Part shown: in pieces, positions 7,632-14,895 of the stretch
Layout of the letters: each line of letters starts with the position of its first letter
Numbering within the stretch: the first letter of the stretch is position 1
Origin: Candidatus Iainarchaeum sp.
Lineage (GTDB): Archaea > Iainarchaeota > Iainarchaeia > Iainarchaeales > JAFCCJ01
Direction of reading: 5' to 3'
Length of the DNA: 19,981 nt
NCBI GenBank assembly: GCA_043816965.1
Contig: JBDRHK010000052.1
Location: 1 to 19,981 of the forward strand
The notes under the pieces: generated by a model
Databases searched by the model: none
The model's input: only the letters and a program-made list of their open reading frames with translations
What the model was told of the DNA's origin: nothing
Translations under genes and position numbers: made by a program

Positions 7632-9185
7632 ATGGATAAGAAAAGAAAAATCCTGATTGATGCAACAAAAAAACTCCTCGCATCCAAAACATCTGAGGAT
7701 GAAATAATCAGGAGCCTGACTGATGTCGGGGTTGATAAGGGCGAGGCCAATGAAATCCTTGAGCAGGCAAAGGTTGGCAAAACTTTAAGTGATGAGGATG
7801 AGGAGGCCGAATCGGCAAAGATTAAGGAATCTGGTTCCGGGGGGCCTGTTGAGCCTGAGAAAGAAATTGTCGGGGAGGCTAAACTTGGCCAGCCTAAAAT
7901 TTCTTCCAAAGATGATTTTTGGAACAGGCCTGTTGTGAAAAAGAACCCTGAAAAAAAGGGAGGGGGAAAAGGCTTTCTGGATGGGCTTTTTAAGCGCACT
8001 GCGTTAAAGGCCAAGGAGCCAAAGGATGTTGAAGAGACTAAAGGGGCAGGGGAGCCAAAGGAGATTGAGGAACCAAAAGGGGTTGGGGAATCTGCATCTG
8101 AAAAAAAAGAGATTAAGGAATTCAGGCCCGCGTCCCTGATAAGAGAGAGCGGGGGGGCTGAAAAGGGGATTGGGGAGAAACCTGCAAAACCGGAAAAGCC
8201 CAAGCCGATAAAATTAGATGATGATTTCTGGGAAAAGCCATTGGTGCCTGTGAGAAAGAGTACGGGCACTCCTAAATCTGAAGAGCCATTAATTTCCAAA
8301 TTACTTGAACCGAAGAAAGCGCCTGTGGCAAAGCAAGGGGGCAAGGATGCTGACGGTAAATCTGAAAAATGGAAAAAGATTGAGTCAGCAAATAAGATAA
8401 AGGAGCAGATTGGGGGAAGGCGTCCTGGGGAGTTTAGGGAAGTGATGCCAATGAGGGTGAGTAATTTTGACAAACTTATCGCAAAGGGGGGGCTAAAAAG
8501 GGGGGATACAATACTCCTTTCAGGAGGGTGTGGAACAGGCAAAACAACATTCGGGATGCAGAGCCTGTACAACGGCTGCCTTAATGGGGAGAAGGGGGTT
8601 TACCTTACCCTGGAGGAAAGTGCCGAAAAGCTCAGGGAGAATATGCATGAAAATTTTGGCTGGGACATTGCAGGGTTTGAGGAAAAGGGGATGCTTGCTG
8701 TGATAAAGATTGACCCCCTAACCATTGCAAGGGCGGTTGAGGCAACACTCACAAAGGAACGGGGCGGGCTTTATATTGAATTTGAGCAATTTGATTTGCC
8801 TTTCCAGTTTAACCTCCCATTCAAGCCTGACAGGGTTGTTGTTGATTCCCTTTCTGCGCTTTCAATTGCGTTCATGGAAAATGAGCAGGGCTACAGGCAA
8901 TATCTAAGGCATCTTTTTGAAACCCTGGAAAATTATAATTCGGTGAATATTGTGCTGGGTGAAACCGAGCAGGCACCGGGGGTTTACAGCCGCTCGGGGA
9001 TTGAGGAGTTTCTTGCCGACGGGGTGGTTGTTTTGTACAACATTAAAATCCACAACATAAGGGAAAAGGCAATGGAAGTTCTTAAGCTAAGGTCCTCAAA
9101 CCATGAGAAGAAAATTACCCCTTATAAAATTACATCCAAGGGGCTGGAAATTTACATCAATCAGGAATTGTTCAGGGAAGAGTGA
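7632..9185 (+). CDS. KaiC/RAD55-family RecA-superfamily ATPase with N-terminal helical domain and long Lys/Glu/Pro-rich disordered linker
   Basis: Walker A GGCGTGKT, catalytic LTLEES, Walker B VVVDSLS, GIEEFLADGVVVL and KLRSSNH (KaiC Lys/Arg finger). Start moved from 7608 to ATG7632 because of the TATA position. Confidence 0.92.
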   Translation: MDKKRKILIDATKKLLASKTSEDEIIRSLTDVGVDKGEANEILEQAKVGKTLSDEDEEAESAKIKESGSGGPVEPEKEIVGEAKLGQPKISSKDDFWNRPVVKKNPEKKGGGKGFLDGLFKRTALKAKEPKDVEETKGAGEPKEIEEPKGVGESASEKKEIKEFRPASLIRESGGAEKGIGEKPAKPEKPKPIKLDDDFWEKPLVPVRKSTGTPKSEEPLISKLLEPKKAPVAKQGGKDADGKSEKWKKIESANKIKEQIGGRRPGEFREVMPMRVSNFDKLIAKGGLKRGDTILLSGGCGTGKTTFGMQSLYNGCLNGEKGVYLTLEESAEKLRENMHENFGWDIAGFEEKGMLAVIKIDPLTIARAVEATLTKERGGLYIEFEQFDLPFQFNLPFKPDRVVVDSLSALSIAFMENEQGYRQYLRHLFETLENYNSVNIVLGETEQAPGVYSRSGIEEFLADGVVVLYNIKIHNIREKAMEVLKLRSSNHEKKITPYKITSKGLEIYINQELFREE

Positions 9186-9190
9186 TCGTT

Positions 9191-9346
9191 ATGAAAAGAC
9201 TCGGAAAGACATATCCTGCAGGGGGGAAAGGAACAATTCCAACCAGCAGAGGAATCAGGCATCCAGGACCTCCTTTGCCGTTTGGCCATGAAGCAAATCA
9301 AAAAATTCGAATGCCGAGGGACGCTACCCCAAAAAATAAAAAATAG
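9191..9346 (+). CDS. Unannotated 51-aa basic Gly/Pro-rich small protein
   Basis: ATG 5 nt after the ATPase stop, preceded by SD-like GAGTGAT. Translation MKRLGKTYPAGGKGTIPTSRGIRHPGPPLPFGHEANQKIRMPRDATPKNKK. It fills most of an otherwise empty 204-bp gap. Confidence 0.5.
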   Translation: MKRLGKTYPAGGKGTIPTSRGIRHPGPPLPFGHEANQKIRMPRDATPKNKK

Positions 9347-9389
9347 GCTGATAATTTATTTAGTTGCTTTTCTGACCAGGATAAAACAA

Positions 9390-9770
9390 TCAGTCTATTT
9401 CTTCCATTTCTGCACCGATCGCAGTGACGCGCTGTATTTTTTCCTTTACCCTGTCAATCTTTCCTTTCAGCCTGTCCTTTTGCAGGTCCAGTGACTCTTC
9501 CCTCGCCACTAATTTTTGAATCTTGCTTTTAAGCTCAAGTTCCTTGTTTTGGGTTTGCTGAATATTCTGCGCAAGGGACCTTATCTTTACCTCGGTACCA
9601 ATCTTTTCCTTCCTCAAATTGGCAAGTTCCCTTTCAATATCCTTTAAAGCTTCGGAAAGGATGTTTGGTTCCCTTTTTCTGGGCGCAGCATTTGTTTTCT
9701 TTCTTGGCTTTGCCCTGGCTTTAGCTCTGCCGCCTGAACTTGTTTTTTTCTTCTTTTTGGATGACGCCAT
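9390..9770 (-). CDS. Small coiled-coil protein with highly basic disordered N-terminus
   Basis: 126 aa. N-terminal SKKKKKTSSGGRAKARAKPRKK is followed by about 85 aa of continuous heptads. SD-like GTGGT upstream. Confidence 0.8.
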   Translation of the reverse strand: MASSKKKKKTSSGGRAKARAKPRKKTNAAPRKREPNILSEALKDIERELANLRKEKIGTEVKIRSLAQNIQQTQNKELELKSKIQKLVAREESLDLQKDRLKGKIDRVKEKIQRVTAIGAEMEEID

Positions 9771-9839
9771 TCAAAACCACTGCTAAAATAGTTAATAAGA
9801 TATAATTATTCTACTTTAAAAATCTATGCTTTTAATTTT

Positions 9840-11432
9840 TTATTTTCTCAGCCTTGCCTCGAGCTTGGCCTTGTCCTTCTCATAGGCATCACTGCTAATT
9901 ACTCCAAGACTATAACTCTTGTTAAGGAGTATCAATTGCCTTTCAAGCCTTTCAACCTCCCTTGCCGCCTTCTGGTCGGCAAGTATTGCCATTGTGGAGG
10001 GCCTTATCTTTTCGATTATTCTTTTCGATGCCTCTGCCTGCTTTCTCTCGAGTTTCTTCTCAAGTTTCCGCTGTTTTTCCATTCCCCTGTTGAGGGACTC
10101 AAGCCTTTTGTTTATGAGCAGGATGTTCCTGGAAATTTCCGGCTTTTTCTCAATTCTTTTGAGCCTTGAGCTCAGGTTTAGCAGCTCCTTCCTTACCTCC
10201 TTGCCTGGCTTTTTCTCCTCGAATTTCTGGAGCCTTTTTTCAATTTTCTTCATCTTTGAAAATTTTTTGGACAGGGCTAAAATGTCCTTCCTGACCCCCT
10301 TCCCAACCTCAATTGAATCAATCTTTTCCTCCAGCCGGTTAATTTCACCAAAACGTTTCCCGAGTTTTATCAGCTCTTCTCTCAGGGAATTGTCAATCGG
10401 CCTTTTCTCAAGAACATCTATTCTTTTCTCTGCCAGAGTCAGGCTGTCCAATTTCCTCCCGATATTCCTGAACTCGTCAACAAGGGCCTTATTGATTTCC
10501 TCCCCGCCTGGTTTATTCTCAAGCCTGTTCAGCCTTTTCTCCATCTCTTTTAATTCATCTATCTTTGAGGAAATTAAACTCAATTCCTCGCCGAGTTTTG
10601 GCTGGGTTTTTATGGAGTCTATGGACTCCTTCAGCGCGCCCAGCTCTTTGGCCAATTCATCTGGCCTGGCCTCTATCCTGTCGAGCTTTTTCTCAAGTAA
10701 GTCAAGGTGTTTTTTTGTCTGGGGCTTTATGGTTATTGTGTCAAGCTTGTCCCGCAGCTTTTGCATCTCACCCTTGATTGCAATCCTGTGCGTTTCTTCC
10801 TTTGCTGCAATTTCGGCAACTGGTTTTGGAATTTCCTTTAGTTCTTCCTTAATCTGGGCCGCGGTAGTGAGATTCTCAGGCAGGTAGGGCAATTCCTCCA
10901 AACCAGTGGCGAGATTCAGCTCAAACTCACTCATTGTCAGGAAATTGTCCACAAACATCCCCAAATCAGAGATTGTCTCATTATCTGAATCCCCTTCCAG
11001 GGCCGTGAGGAAACAGTCACTTCCTGCAACCTTTATCTTTCCTATGAGGGAGTGGACGAATTTTGTGACGGTTGACTCCTTTTCATAAATCAAGAGTGTG
11101 GAAATGGAATCCAGTATAAGCACATCAGGATTCTGCGTTTCAAGGCAGTCGGTTATTGCAAGGCTTAATTCAACCAGCGCATTTGGTGAGGAAACAAATG
11201 TCGCATTGCTTTTCTCCAGGATGTTGGTGTTTGCGGTTTTGGTTATTGCGTCTACAATGAAAAATTTACTGGGATCGGCATTGATTTTTTCCAAATTGGT
11301 GCTGAGGGAATCATAGAACTCGTTAAGGCTTACATAGCAGATCTTATTGTAGTTGTCTGACATGTATTTTGCAAGCTTGAGTATGCCTTTAGTATACTGT
11401 TTATTTGGGATTAACAGCAAATTAAGCTTCAT
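9840..11432 (-). CDS. Inactive KaiC/RecA-like (DUF835-like) N-terminal domain fused to a segmented coiled coil and a SHOCT-like C-terminus
   Basis: ICYVSLNE, FFIVDAIT and Walker-B-like LILDSISTLLIY are present, with no GxxxxGK(T/S). Repeated KxLDxIExKP helices follow. C-terminus LILLNKSYSLGVISSDAYEKDKAKLE. Confidence 0.8.
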   Translation of the reverse strand: MKLNLLLIPNKQYTKGILKLAKYMSDNYNKICYVSLNEFYDSLSTNLEKINADPSKFFIVDAITKTANTNILEKSNATFVSSPNALVELSLAITDCLETQNPDVLILDSISTLLIYEKESTVTKFVHSLIGKIKVAGSDCFLTALEGDSDNETISDLGMFVDNFLTMSEFELNLATGLEELPYLPENLTTAAQIKEELKEIPKPVAEIAAKEETHRIAIKGEMQKLRDKLDTITIKPQTKKHLDLLEKKLDRIEARPDELAKELGALKESIDSIKTQPKLGEELSLISSKIDELKEMEKRLNRLENKPGGEEINKALVDEFRNIGRKLDSLTLAEKRIDVLEKRPIDNSLREELIKLGKRFGEINRLEEKIDSIEVGKGVRKDILALSKKFSKMKKIEKRLQKFEEKKPGKEVRKELLNLSSRLKRIEKKPEISRNILLINKRLESLNRGMEKQRKLEKKLERKQAEASKRIIEKIRPSTMAILADQKAAREVERLERQLILLNKSYSLGVISSDAYEKDKAKLEARLRK

Positions 11433-11503
11433 CAGAGCACCGCTTTAAACTATAGGGCTTTATGGTTTATATTAATTTGGATTAATGCGTTTTAAAAAAT
11501 AAG

Positions 11504-11538
11504 AAAAAAGGAGGGGACAGGATTGTTCCTGCCCATCC
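11504..11538 (-). terminator. Hairpin plus U-tract terminator downstream of the pilin gene
   Basis: The minus strand reads GGGCAGGA-ACAA-TCCTGTCC (8-bp stem with one G-U pair, plus outer GGA/TCC pairing). TTTTTT follows immediately, with further T-runs. Confidence 0.7.
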
Positions 11539-11554
11539 GGTTAAGCAATTTTAT

Positions 11555-12010
11555 TTACGCACAGGTTCCGACCAATGACGTGGTCCCTGTCTGTGTTTTC
11601 CCTGTGAGCTTTGTTGTATCATAGGTGATTGCAACATTAAAGTCGTAAGGGTTTCCAGCTGTGCAGGTCTGGCATCCGCCGGTTATTGCAAGCGCTGATT
11701 CCTGCCCTGCTGTCAGGGCAGTACTGCTTACTGTCAATGCAGCACCTTCAATTTCAACCGCGGTTACTGTTATCTTGCCGCTTGTCTGGTTCCTCATCAC
11801 CAAATCACAGCCAGATGCAGAGTTGTCAAATTCCCAGTCGGTTATTGCCAACGGTGACGCTGCTCCCCAATAAGCCTTACTTTGGCTTGCTGTGACTGAC
11901 GTTCCAAGGCCTGGTAGGAAACCCATTACTCCAACAACAACAAGTGCAATTACAATTACCACTGCCAGAATAATTAGGTATTCTGTGGTACCTTGTCCTC
12001 TAAATTTCAT
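11555..12010 (-). CDS. Archaeal type IV pilin (class III signal peptide)
   Basis: MKFRG|QGTTEYLIILAVVIVIALVVVGVM has a basic residue and Gly at the cleavage site, Gln+1, Glu+5 and a hydrophobic helix. The small Thr-rich beta domain has 4 Cys. Strong SD AGGAGGT at 12019-12025. Confidence 0.92.
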   Translation of the reverse strand: MKFRGQGTTEYLIILAVVIVIALVVVGVMGFLPGLGTSVTASQSKAYWGAASPLAITDWEFDNSASGCDLVMRNQTSGKITVTAVEIEGAALTVSSTALTAGQESALAITGGCQTCTAGNPYDFNVAITYDTTKLTGKTQTGTTSLVGTCA

Positions 12011-12018
12011 TCAGCATT

Positions 12019-12025
12019 ACCTCCT
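12019..12025 (-). promoter_or_regulatory. Shine-Dalgarno site of the pilin gene
   Basis: AGGAGGT 8 nt upstream of ATG12010. A TATA-like TATTTAAA lies at 12091-12098 on the same strand. Confidence 0.7.
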
Positions 12026-12154
12026 TCTAATTTGTTTGGTTTTGTTTCAAAATCGAATTATAAAAATTTAACAATTAATGGTTTTCCTCATTTAAATACC
12101 TTTGCCTTTGCCAATGTGTAGTTTAACTTTTTTTTGCAGGGGAAATTGATTACA

Positions 12155-12916
12155 ATGGATGCTGAAAAACGGCTTGAGAAAATTTCTGAGGAGATAAAGG
12201 AATTTTTCAGCCGGTGCGGGAAAGGGAAAGCGGTTATTGGCCTTAGTGGGGGGATTGATTCTGCACTCTCTGCTTTCCTTGTTGTAAAGGCTTTGGGCAA
12301 GGAAAATTTGGAGGCAATCATAATGCCTGAAGAGGGGTTGAGTTCCAAAGAAGGAATTGAGGACGCCAAAAAGCTTGCCGGCTTTTTGGGAATTGGTTAT
12401 ATTTTGCAGCCAGTTAATGCATTTGTTGAGAAATTTGAGGCTGTTGAATGGAAATTAACAGATATTGCAAAAGGAAATTTACGGGCAAGGGCAAGGATGG
12501 TTTTGCTTTACAGCTATGCAAACTCGAAAAATGCCCTTGTTGTGGGGACAGGCAACAGAAGTGAATTGCTTTTGGGCTATTTCACCAAATATGGCGATGG
12601 CGGGGCTGATTTTCTCCCAATTGGCGGGCTTTACAAGGGAGATGTAATGGAACTGGCAAGAGCTGCCGGAATTCCTGAGGAGATTCTGGCCAAAAAACCA
12701 AGTGCTGAACTTTGGAAGGGGCAGAGTGATGAGAAGGATATTGGGATGAAATATGGCAAAATTGATGCTATCCTGAAGCTGCTTGTTGATGAGGGGAATA
12801 GTATAAAGGATGCAGCCGAGATTTATGGGAATAAGGCTGCTGTTGAGGCAATAGCAAAAAGGATTGACACCAACAGGCATAAGGGGCAACTGCCCTTTGT
12901 AATCCCTGCTGGCTGA
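12155..12916 (+). CDS. nadE: NH3-dependent NAD+ synthetase
   Basis: PP-loop GLSGGIDS, GNLRARARM, GTGNRSE, GYFTKYGDGG and PSAELW..QSDE. No glutaminase domain. ATG12155 preferred over TTG12134. Confidence 0.96.
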   Translation: MDAEKRLEKISEEIKEFFSRCGKGKAVIGLSGGIDSALSAFLVVKALGKENLEAIIMPEEGLSSKEGIEDAKKLAGFLGIGYILQPVNAFVEKFEAVEWKLTDIAKGNLRARARMVLLYSYANSKNALVVGTGNRSELLLGYFTKYGDGGADFLPIGGLYKGDVMELARAAGIPEEILAKKPSAELWKGQSDEKDIGMKYGKIDAILKLLVDEGNSIKDAAEIYGNKAAVEAIAKRIDTNRHKGQLPFVIPAG

Positions 12917-13116
12917 AATGCATCTGAAATGCCTTATACATAACTTTTTTTTAAATACTTTTTTTGTTTAATAAAAAATCTCTTTGGATTTTTAAATTGC
13001 CTTTTTTGCCTGTTTTTGGCGCTATACCCCCGTACTTGGTAGTCAAAGACAGCAAAAGGCGAAAAATGGTTTGAAAATAAGAGGTTTTTTTGCAATAAAG
13101 ATAAGCAATCCTGACT

Positions 13117-13366
13117 ATTTTTCAGCTAAAAGTTAGTTTTTCATTTCGTGTTTTTAGTGCCAGAATTTTTCAGCTAGGTGCTTTGTCCTGCCAATTTTTC
13201 AGGGACGGCACTGAATTTTATTCAGAGTTATGCTTGGATGGACTTTGGATAAGGTATTTGGAGGATATTTTCGGCGATAAGCGGAATTTTTCCAAAAGGC
13301 GGTTGCCATCACCTGGTAGGGGGGCCTTAATGCCAAAAATGGAATAAATTCTTCAGATTTTTACAG
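13117..13366 (+). repeat. Cluster of co-oriented ATTTTTCAG-like direct repeats in a long intergenic region
   Basis: Exact ATTTTTCAGCTA at 13117-13128 and 13165-13176, and ATTTTTCAG at 13194-13202. Degenerate copies near 13215, 13267, 13286, 13348 and 13357. Confidence 0.55.
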
Positions 13367-13522
13367 GGAAATGGCCAAAATTCAGGAAGAATCTGTTAAA
13401 ACTACGCTAAAAAGCAAGTATACATAACTATCTGTTCTGCCTTAAATCAACGATTCCTAATAGAATTTGACCCTTTTAGCAATTCAATAGTTATTTAAGC
13501 CCTTTCCAGCAGATTATTTTCT

Positions 13523-13783
13523 ATGGGATATGTTTATGACTTTTTCAAGGGCATTGCTGATGGCATTCCTGTACTTGTGCGAAAGATTGGCTCAGTGCTG
13601 ATTAGCTTTTTTGCACTGGGAATAATTTTAGGATGGTATCTTGCTACGAGCGATGCAAATTACCTTTTTTTCATTCCTGCAATCTTTTTTGTGATTTTCT
13701 GGATGTGGAATGATTTGGATGAGGGCTTCCTATTTTTTCTGCTATTTCTCCTGATGGCGATATTCTTCCCCACAATATTCTAG
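13523..13783 (+). CDS. Small multi-pass membrane protein (about 3 TM), unknown function
   Basis: 86 aa with Phe-rich hydrophobic segments. TATTTAAG lies about 23 nt upstream of the ATG. Confidence 0.75.
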   Translation: MGYVYDFFKGIADGIPVLVRKIGSVLISFFALGIILGWYLATSDANYLFFIPAIFFVIFWMWNDLDEGFLFFLLFLLMAIFFPTIF

Positions 13784-13801
13784 CTCAGATGGTTTTGGCC
13801 A

Positions 13802-14842
13802 CTAAAAGACGGGAATTAATGCTGTCAGCATAGCTTCAAAAAGCATGAAAATCACGAAGAGAGCTCCGATAATCAGGGCAGCCCATACAATCAGGGATAT
13901 AGCCATTACAGCAATTGCGGAAAATTTTTCTATGGAAAAGTATGCCTGAATCAGCCTTGTGTGGAGTCTCAGAGCCAAAAAAGATATTATGAGGAGTATT
14001 ATTATAAAGATTGCCTGGGCAATCCAAAAACCTAATTCTCCAAAATTCAAAGCAAGCCAGGCCGCAATTAAGGCCGCAATAAGTATTAGTGGGGAAATTA
14101 TTACAATTCCAAATTCTATTATTGCCATCATCTTCATAAACCTAAGGTAGAATGGCAAATATTTTCCCTCACCCCCAAACAGCCTGGCCAATGCAAAAAT
14201 AGTCAGGGATGCCGGGAGCCCCACAATAAACATTATCGGGATTAAAAGAATGGCGCCAACAATTGAAGTCACAACTAAATTTACCAGGTTTATTGCCAAT
14301 GATATTGCTGTCGGAACCAAAGTTTCTAAATTTGCAAACATCCCTATTGAATATGGCACCACTGACGGGACAAATACGATTAATATTAAGAAAATAATCA
14401 TGTAATGAATAATCCATGCGAAATTCTCGATGAATGAAACAACAGTAACCGCGAGGAGGGTGTTTAGGGGGGTGGTTTCTTCATCCACAAGGGCTTTAGC
14501 AGACAGCTGTCCGGAAAAAATCATCCAATACCTGCTTAGGAAATCCAGCTTCTTAAAATCTATCTTCTTCCCATCAATGGCCTCAACTGATGAACTCTTG
14601 AAAAGGAGATTTTCCTCCTTCTTGTACTTGTAGTATTCTTCAAGGTCGAAAAGTTCTTCCTTTGCTTCTTTCTTCTTCTTGGTGGTCTGTTCCTTAAAAA
14701 CTTCGCCCATAATTTTTTTTACGTCCATATCTGTGTATTTTGCAACCCTCAGCATCTCCACTAATTCATCCCTGGGTTTGCCCTTCTTTCTCTCATCACC
14801 TATAACTTTTACTGCTTCGGTGAATTCTTCTTCAGATATCAT
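13802..14842 (-). CDS. Yip1-like multi-pass membrane protein with N-terminal cytoplasmic helical domain
   Basis: 346 aa. A charged N-terminal region of about 100 aa is followed by 5-6 TM helices. ALARLFGGEGKY and the terminal FS...FSAIAV pattern resemble Yip1-family proteins. Confidence 0.7.
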   Translation of the reverse strand: MISEEEFTEAVKVIGDERKKGKPRDELVEMLRVAKYTDMDVKKIMGEVFKEQTTKKKKEAKEELFDLEEYYKYKKEENLLFKSSSVEAIDGKKIDFKKLDFLSRYWMIFSGQLSAKALVDEETTPLNTLLAVTVVSFIENFAWIIHYMIIFLILIVFVPSVVPYSIGMFANLETLVPTAISLAINLVNLVVTSIVGAILLIPIMFIVGLPASLTIFALARLFGGEGKYLPFYLRFMKMMAIIEFGIVIISPLILIAALIAAWLALNFGELGFWIAQAIFIIILLIISFLALRLHTRLIQAYFSIEKFSAIAVMAISLIVWAALIIGALFVIFMLFEAMLTALIPVF

Positions 14843-14863
14843 TGTTATTAATATGTCCTAACT

Positions 14864-14873
14864 ATTATAAAAA
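14864..14873. promoter_or_regulatory. Central TATA element between divergent genes (possible bidirectional promoter)
   Basis: ATTATAAAAA sits in the middle of a 53-bp spacer, 21-22 nt from both start codons (14842 and 14896). Confidence 0.45.
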
Positions 14874-14895
14874 TTTTATCTAACTAAATAATCTG

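Noticed and set aside
7163..8572. 469-aa antisense ORF
   Set aside because: Ser/Phe/Pro/Leu-rich mirror of the Lys/Glu/Gly codons of the KaiC linker. It overlaps two well-supported plus-strand genes.
7632..9185. True circadian kaiC, or radA/radB/arlH assignment
   Set aside because: Single ATPase domain, no Ser-Thr phosphosite pair, and no kaiA/kaiB or archaellum operon. Only a family-level call is supportable.
9103..9494. Track ORFs 9103..9291 and 9282..9494
   Set aside because: Both overlap real genes. The 9191..9346 frame fits the gap with an SD and no overlap.
9919..10887. 322-aa plus-strand ORF
   Set aside because: Ser/Phe/Leu shadow of the Lys/Glu-rich coiled-coil gene on the minus strand.
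12917..13522. RNase P RNA, SRP RNA or tRNA in the long gap; MITE
   Set aside because: No GAGGAAAGTCC-type, SRP helix-8 or T-loop signatures were recognised on either strand, and there are no terminal inverted repeats.
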